From Eledone cirrhosa (Eukaryota), in the NCBI GenBank assembly GCA_964016885.1, contig OZ024756.1:32488001-32552000 (forward strand): a stretch of DNA of 64,000 nucleotides, read 5' to 3'. The notes under the pieces are model-generated. The model did not search any database, was not told the origin of the DNA, and was given only the letters and a program-made list of their open reading frames with translations. The position numbers and the translations under genes were made by a program. This document shows, one piece after another, positions 55,167 to 64,000 of the stretch. Positions within the stretch are counted from its first letter, which is position 1. The number at the start of each line of letters is the position of its first letter.

Positions 55167-55211
55167 GTGTATATATAATATCTCTCTCTCTATATATATA
55201 TATATGTGTGA

Positions 55212-55244
<33 letters not shown>

Positions 55245-55762
55245 CGATCGCCTTTCGTCATATTGGACTGAGGAAGCATTGTTTCCGTTTGTCTTTCCAA
55301 TTGCTAATACTATCTATCGGGCGCAACTCCAGATAGAAGGAGCAACGTGAAATAAAGTGTCTTTCTCAAGGACATAACGCATCGTCTAATTGCGAATCCA
55401 ATTCACTAACCAGTCCCTCTCTGTGTATGTGCACGCAACACTCACAACACACACACGCACCACATAGACACACAGCAGCAGGAAAAGTTATAGGTTAGAT
55501 TTTCGAAGATAAGATGATTTAACACACAAAAGGATGATTCATTTCCTATTGAGGTGTCTCTCTTAATGTAGTGAAATCGTAATAAATTCTATTGCACAGA
55601 TAACAAAATTCACATTCAAGTATAGAAGAAGCAATACCATCATCTTTTTCGCTTTCTGTCTCCGTATATCTACATAAATGTGTGCATACATACATACATA
55701 TAAAACCTAATATATAGCTTCCATATACTGTACCGATTGTGATGTTATTTCTCTTTACCTTT

Positions 55763-55821
<59 letters not shown>

Positions 55822-56014
55822 GGGGTAACAAATAATAGTTAAATGCAGTTCACTTAGGTAAAGTCCAGTTATGGTATTCCAGGTAGTGGATGATATTAAC
55901 GCTTGGCTTGGTTTGACTCAACAAGGCGTTTTCATAGTGATGTTGCGGGTATGCCGTAATTCCTATGTTGTAAACACATTTTTGTAAAGCAAACCATGTC
56001 AACCTTCTTTCCTG

Positions 56015-56149
<135 letters not shown>

Positions 56150-58104
56150 TAGATAGATAGATACACACACATATGCACATATGTATGCATATACATATAT
56201 ATATAGAGAGAGAGACATGCATATACACACATCTCTCTCTCTCACCCTCTTTCTATCTCTCCTCTCTCTCCCTCTCTCTGTATATATATATATAAACAAG
56301 GAGTGTAAGTCCACAGGTTAAACTTACACGTTCTCAAATCTATCTATACACATATAGAGAAAAAGGGTTCTATATGCGTATGAAATGTATATACATTTGT
56401 TGAGGAATCGTATACATCACACATGTGTTGCATAAATGCAGTCTTTACAGTATAAAAACGTTTTTCTCCTCTCCCGAATACAATCTTATACGTAATTTTT
56501 TTTCCTACAAAATACCATCGCTCAAATTAAACGAAAGAAAACAAACAAAAAAACTACAAATACAAGGAAAAATAATAACAATAACTCCTTCTATTTTATA
56601 TATATTTGCTCCGTCCATTAGGCGAGATAAAATAAGAATAAAAACTTAATTTCGTGCAACAATTGTATAAGGAATATAAAAAGGCAAACACAGAAAAAGC
56701 CAATGTAATAAATGTCGCAGCGTGTATAAAAGCGAAATTAAAGCAATTACCTCGAGTTGACCTACATATCTTTAATAGATAAATAGGATACGAGTCTGAC
56801 TTCTCTTTTCAATTTTTATGTTTTTTTTTTTTTAGTATCCAGTCTGTTACGTTTCTACAATTGCATATCTCTGTATGGGTGTGTGTGTGTGTGTGTTTAT
56901 ATATACATAGATACACACACATACATGTACATCCACACACAATATATATATATGGATATATGTATATATATATTTGGATATATAGATATATATATATATA
57001 TATTTCGTTTCTGAATTTGTTTAGCAAGATTCTTATTGGCAACATGACCCTCCCAAAGTATAACAATATATATATATATACATATATATATTGTAATAAT
57101 AATAATAATAATAAATTTGAAGACTAAAATCCAAAGAGGGCTCGATAAGGATAAATATATATCAAATATATAAGAACCGTAGAGCAAATATTTATTCAAA
57201 TATATATATATATATATATTTGGATATATGTATGAATATATGTCTATATGCATGTATGTATATATGCATGTATGTATATATGTATGCATGTATGTATATA
57301 TATATATGTATATATGCATGTATGTATATGTATATAGGTATGTATGTATATATGCTTGTATGTATATGTATATAGGCATGTACGTATATATATATAAGCA
57401 TGTATGTATATATATATATGTGTGTATATATACGCATGTATGTATGTATATATATATAGGTATGTAGGTAGGTATGCATGTGCTTATCTGTATTCATGCG
57501 CGTGTGTGTGTTTGTATTAATATATGAGTGTGTAAAAAGAAGGGGATGATAAAAAATGACAACAAATAGTGGCATACGTTCCATTTGTTATGCTGTGTCT
57601 GATTATATGCGTGTGTGTATGTTTGTGTGAATGTATGTGTAATTGTGTGAATGTATCTCTGTGAGAGTTCATTTTTTAAAGTCTGTATCTCTGTGTTTGC
57701 GTGTTTATTTTTATATACACATGCATATAAAAGTATGCGCATGCACATATACGTCAGCGTGTTGCAAAAAGAAGAGAACATTCTAGTAGGGAGAAAATTA
57801 CAGTGAGAAAAACGCAGTCCTAGATGCACAATTAGTCTTGAAAATGGCATCGTACATTGATATGTTATCAGCTTCATTTAACGTTTCCCTACTGTATATT
57901 TCCAGTATGGTTCTGGTAACATAGTTTCCACAAAAGCAATCAATTTGTTTTGTTGTTTCTGTATTTTTTTTTTTTTTTTTTTTTTTGTATATTATATGCT
58001 ACGTTTTTAAAAATAATGGAGTCAGTAACAACATGACCTTACCGTTGTTCACACTAAAACTGTGAATACTCTTTTTACCCCCTCTCCTTCGTCTATACTG
58101 GTGA

Positions 58105-58160
<56 letters not shown>

Positions 58161-58306
58161 ATGTATTGAGACACACACACATGCTCAATTACGCATGCAC
58201 ATTCATATATACGTACATATGTATGCATATATACACACACATATATATATATACATACACATATTCACTCACATACACACACATGCATATATACACATAT
58301 TTACAG

Positions 58307-58340
<34 letters not shown>

Positions 58341-58673
58341 TTACAGATATATATATATATACACATATTTACAGATATATATATACACACATACACACAT
58401 ACACATACACACACATATATATATATATATGTGCATACACATACATGTCTACTCACGTGTGTGTATGTGTGGTATGTCATGCGCTTCTTCAATTTAAATG
58501 TGAAATAAAATTTATAAACGACCTTTTAATTCGCCATACACTTTCATTTCTAGTGACACTGGCAACATCTTTACGTAGCTCTGTGACATATTAGAATATA
58601 ATCTAAATCTAATAAACATTACTCGGTGTTATCTTTGCAGAGGAACGACTCATTGCATAATGTAATACTACAT

Positions 58674-59040
58674 AGTCTTCTATTACTATTTAGTTGTTAT
58701 CAATCATTAGACTGAGGCCATGCTGGGGTATCATGCTTAAGGATTTTAGTCTTCTAATATTTGGCTGTTATCAATCATTAGACTGAGGCCATGCTGGGGT
58801 ATCATGCTCAAGGATTTTAGTCTTCTAATATTTGGCTGTTATCAATCATTAGACTGAGGCCATGCTGGGTTATCATGCTCAAGGATTTTAGTCTTCTAAT
58901 ATTTGGCTGTTATCAATCATTAGTATGAGGCCATGCTGGGGTATCATGCTCAAGGATTTTAGTCTTCTAACATTTAGCTGTTATCCGTCATTAGACTGGG
59001 GCCATGCTGGGGTATCATACTCAAGGATTTAAGTCTTCTA
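58674..59040. repeat. 71-bp tandem repeat x5, resuming at ~59437-59605
   Basis: gttatcaatcattagactgaggccatgctgggg at 58696, 58767, 58838 and onward. Confidence 0.92.
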
Positions 59041-59042
59041 TT

Positions 59043-60142
59043 AATTGTTTCTACATTTGGCAGAAAGTCACCAATTATCCCAGTATATTATTGGTACTTT
59101 ATTTTATTGGCAGTATTTGAAGTCAGAACATAAAGCGCCATAACTCTATGCTGCAAACACTGCCAATCGACCGCAGTTATAATAATTGTTTATACTTTTG
59201 GCACAAGGCCAGCAATTACCCAGCACTTATAATAGTAATAATTGTGTCTACTATTGGCACAAGCCCAGCAAATAACCAGTACATTACTGGTACTTTATTT
59301 TATCGAACCCGTAAGGATGAAAGGCAAAGTTAACCTCGGCGGGATTTGAAATCAGAATAATAATAATAATCATGTTTCTGCTTTTGGCGGAAGGCCAGCA
59401 ATTACGCCAGTGTATTACTGGTACTTTAATTTTTCTATTAGTCTTTTGCTGTTATCAGCCATTAGACTGGGGCCATGCTGGGATATAATGTAATACTGGA
59501 TAGTCTTCTGTTAATCTTTAGCTGTTATCAGCCATTAAACTAAGGCCATGCTGGGGCATCATATTCCAGGATACAATCTTCTATGAATCTTTTGCTGTTA
59601 TCAGTCTTTAGATTTCCTATCATAAAATATAATAAGAAGCATAATAATAATAATAATAATAATAATTGTTTCTACTCTTGGTACAAGGCCAGCAATAATC
59701 CCAGTGTATTACTGCTACTTTATTCTATCGACCCCGTAAGGATGAAAGGCAAAGTTAACCTCGGCGGGATTTGAACTCAGAATGGCAGGGCCGTAACTCA
59801 ATGCGTCACGGCATAGCGTCCGACCCTCTACCGATACTACCAATCTACCGCGTCTACTTTTAGCACAATTAGCCCAGTGCATTACTGCTACTTTATTTTA
59901 TCAACCCCGTAAGGATGAAAGGCAAAGTTAACCTGCCAATAATAATGTTTCCTTATATAGGCACAAGGCCAGCAATTTTGGGGGAGGGGAACGTCGATTA
60001 AATGGACCCAGTAAGTTACTGGTACTGTATTTTATGGACCCCGTAAGGACGAAAGGCAAAATTAACCTGGCGGGATTTGAGCTCAGAACATAAAGGGCCA
60101 TAACACGATACTACAAAGCATGGCCTCTGACGCTCTACCGAT
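59043..60142 (-). mobile_element. Cluster of full and partial SINE family 1 copies
   Basis: Repeated ggcacaaggccagcaa..ttactggtacttt..aggatgaaaggcaaagttaacc; full copies at ~59663-59850 and ~59945-60142. Confidence 0.85.
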
Positions 60143-60511
60143 AATAACAAAAATGATAATATAAAAACAAGCGAAGCATGGGCACTTTTTAACAATAACA
60201 GTTGAAGAGAGTAAATATTTCCAAATAAAAACTTAAACACAAAACGATTCATAAAACCCAATATTTGATTTTATTGAGATTTCCATATTCATCGCTAAGC
60301 ACTCTCCATCATATTCTCTCTAATTATGTATTACTCTCATTCATGTCGTTGTTATATTGTCGTATACATTTTATATATAATTTATCATCATTTGTTATCT
60401 GTCTTCTGTGTTTTAACTTCACTTAAGACCATGTTACTTATTCTTTGAGTCACTTCTTTGTTAATTGGAAAAATGAAAATGAAATGAAAAAAATATTTTA
60501 AAATATATACT

Positions 60512-60653
<142 letters not shown>

Positions 60654-60846
60654 GTATATAGGCGTATATATATGTATGTGTATACATATGTAAATATATA
60701 TACATATGTATATGAAAATATAAATGTATATATGTATGTAAATGTATATATCTATGTATGTGTATGTAAATATATATATATATATATATATGTATTTATA
60801 TATCTATGTATATATATGTAAATATATATATATATATATATATATG

Positions 60847-60905
<59 letters not shown>

Positions 60906-60962
60906 GTATGTATATGTAAATATATATGTATATGTTTATATATATATATATATATATATGTG

Positions 60963-61013
<51 letters not shown>

Positions 61014-61490
61014 ACATTTTATTTTTCGTTTTTCTTTCTATTTTACATTTTTCGACCTTAAAGCTTTTAGTAAGATATACATCGATAATTTTGTTATGGT
61101 CGTTGTTTTTCGTTTCGTTGTTGTTGCTCTTGTAGGTGTTGTCATTGTTGTGGTTACTGTTTTTGTTGTGTGCTGACATTTAAGAAGTTGTGCTCGTATT
61201 TTTTTATCCATTAAAAGTCTACACAATGTAAATATCTGTAAAAAAATTCAAATTAATTGATTTACCTAAGACCAGAATAAAAACAGGAATTAAAAATAAA
61301 CAATCAAATGAATAATGATATAAAGTTTTTGTTATCGTGTGCATATATATCTCTCTCTCTATATATATATATATATGTGTGTGTGCGCGCGCGTGGGTGT
61401 GTGTGTGTGTATTTGTACATATTAATACATATATATGTGTATATATGTATATATAAATATGAATATATATATGTGTATATGTGGATATAT

Positions 61491-61544
<54 letters not shown>

Positions 61545-61553
61545 GTGTGTGTG

Positions 61554-61591
<38 letters not shown>

Positions 61592-61633
61592 TTTGTATTT
61601 GATAAATTGATAAAATAACTAAACAAATAGTGG

Positions 61634-61677
<44 letters not shown>

Positions 61678-61826
61678 GCCCTGCCACCCTTGCTCTCATA
61701 TATATACGTATGTTTATATATATATATATATATTCAGATATATATATATGTATGTATATATATATATGTATGTATATATATATATATATATGTATGTATA
61801 TATATATATGTATATATATATATATG

Positions 61827-61911
<85 letters not shown>

Positions 61912-62026
61912 GTATGTTTGTATATATATATATGTATATTTGTATATATATATATGTATGTTTGTATATATATATATGTATGTTTGTACATATATATATA
62001 TGTATGTATATATATATATATGTATG

Positions 62027-62057
<31 letters not shown>

Positions 62058-62461
62058 GTATGTATATATATATGTGTATGTTTGTATATATATATGTATA
62101 TATATATATATATATATGTATGTTTGTATATATATATATATATATATATGCAGGCATACATATATGCCTGTATTACATACTTATATGTACATTGGCATAC
62201 ACATATATATATATCCGTAGAAAATTAATTCGCTGCCATACCTTCCTCGTCTATTTTCTTCAATAAAGCTCCAATCGACTTAGACAAGGGTTCCCTTGGT
62301 ACATTGTTTTAATGTCTCACAGTTTTTTTTACTTCTTCCACTAAATAAACAAAGACCTAAGTTTGACTACTTACTTGCGAACTGTTCTTTAGACACATAC
62401 AACTCTCAGTCGATATTTCTAATTAAATACTATCGGTGAAGTACGTTCTCTCTCTCTCTCT

Positions 62462-62492
<31 letters not shown>

Positions 62493-62574
62493 GTTAGTCG
62501 CATTATTTAGAAACCTGTTTATTTGCTATTTCATACTATCATTTTTGTTTGCAAGATTTAACTATTTTGGCTTT

Positions 62575-62632
<58 letters not shown>

Positions 62633-63670
62633 TTGAATATTTCTCTCTTTTTCTATCATATCTATTTTCTTTATCTTTCTTCATCTTTCTTCATCTTTCT
62701 TTTTCTCACTTTCTCTGTGTCTCTTTCTCTTCCTCACCCTCTCTATTTTATTTTAAAAATCTCTTTGAAGCTGTATTATTCTGGAATTTCTCTTCCCAGC
62801 GTGCTAGCTAAAACAATGTTTTGACTTCCGTTTATCGATAATATTACTCTTTGTATTTTTGTTTCTGATTTACTTTTGTATTTGTGTTATTGTTTTGGTT
62901 TAATGCTGTTAATGAAAACAGGATTGTAGTATCCCGTCTCGTGCGCTGTTTAGTAGTAAATGTAATTTAACGATTAAGTAAAAGTATCACGTATCTCCAG
63001 ACAACTTTACGACACTAAAATATATATAAAAAAATAATTGAATGAAAACTGAAATGCAATTAGGCTTTGCAGGATTACGTGCATCTCAGAGATGTAATTA
63101 AATATTGAATCTTATAGAGCAAAATGAAGGACACCACTTATCTCTGATTCAGATTATAATCTACACACACCTCAATGCGCATATAGTAGCGTGAATAAAG
63201 TTCATTCACAATATATATACTGGAGCATATGTAAATCTATCTCCATATGTAACCGAAATATAGCCTTCATTTTTCAATCACTATTTAGCATATCCTTCCA
63301 ACTTTATGATCATCAACTTAACATGATTTAGATACCTTGTTAAAAACACACTTCAACAGAAATATTTCCGGCATTTGTTTTTCGCATCTCTGAGTTCAAA
63401 TACCGGCAGTGCCCATGTTTGAGAGAGAGTCTTGCTCACGTCAAGTGGCAAATTATCAAACTCATTAGATGTTTGGCTTTATTGTCTTAAAATCTCTTAC
63501 TGATCACTGCCCGAAGTTCACATCCTGCAAATATCAATTGTGGCTTACATCCTTACAGGATTGATAAATAAGTACCACTCCATTTGAGTGGTAGTGGCTT
63601 TAAAGTGTTGTGCAGCATGCTTTGTGGTATATTATCTAGTTGTGTGAGTCATGAATATCTTATATCTATA

Positions 63671-63778
<108 letters not shown>

Positions 63779-63825
63779 ACAGTCGTACTAAGAGTGGGAA
63801 ATGAAATTTCGCTTCATTTTTTTCC

Positions 63826-63863
<38 letters not shown>

Positions 63864-64000
63864 TCTTAGATATTATAAGAAGAGTTAAGCGAAAATATGT
63901 ATGCTGCTCGGGATTGGAGTAATTACCAAGCATCAGAAACACTCCGCCCCCTGTATAACCCCATTCAATGTTTAGTTTGGCTTGAACCAAATTTAGCAAC

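Noticed and set aside
55268-55290. CTGAGGA next to a TA tract
   Set aside because: No downstream stem II-GAAA-NUH arrangement

Overview
AT-rich, microsatellite-dense eukaryotic DNA with one 200-N gap. The SINE families and repeat landscape suggest a coleoid cephalopod, probably Octopus (inference). Almost all listed ORFs are translations of (TA)n/(CA)n/(GA)n/(GTT)n repeats and are not genes. Supported content: many tRNA-type SINEs, an internally deleted mariner, a 5'-truncated RTE-type LINE, a solo LTR with a 4-bp TSD, a probable hAT MITE, a Helitron-like 3' end, several minisatellites, and two candidate minus-strand exons that splice in frame into a YWTD/beta-propeller-like peptide. The most notable signal is a set of at least six unrelated short non-coding repeat families sitting in or beside (TA)n tracts. 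They carry type I hammerhead ribozyme motifs (CUGANGA or the U3:A8 covariant UUGANAA, then stem II, GAAA, a palindromic helix III, NUH and stem I). Most are fold-back structures, including a 440-bp spacerless palindrome with one ribozyme per strand. They resemble non-autonomous Penelope-like/retrozyme-like elements. All folds and alignments were done by eye and coordinates of degenerate repeats are approximate.
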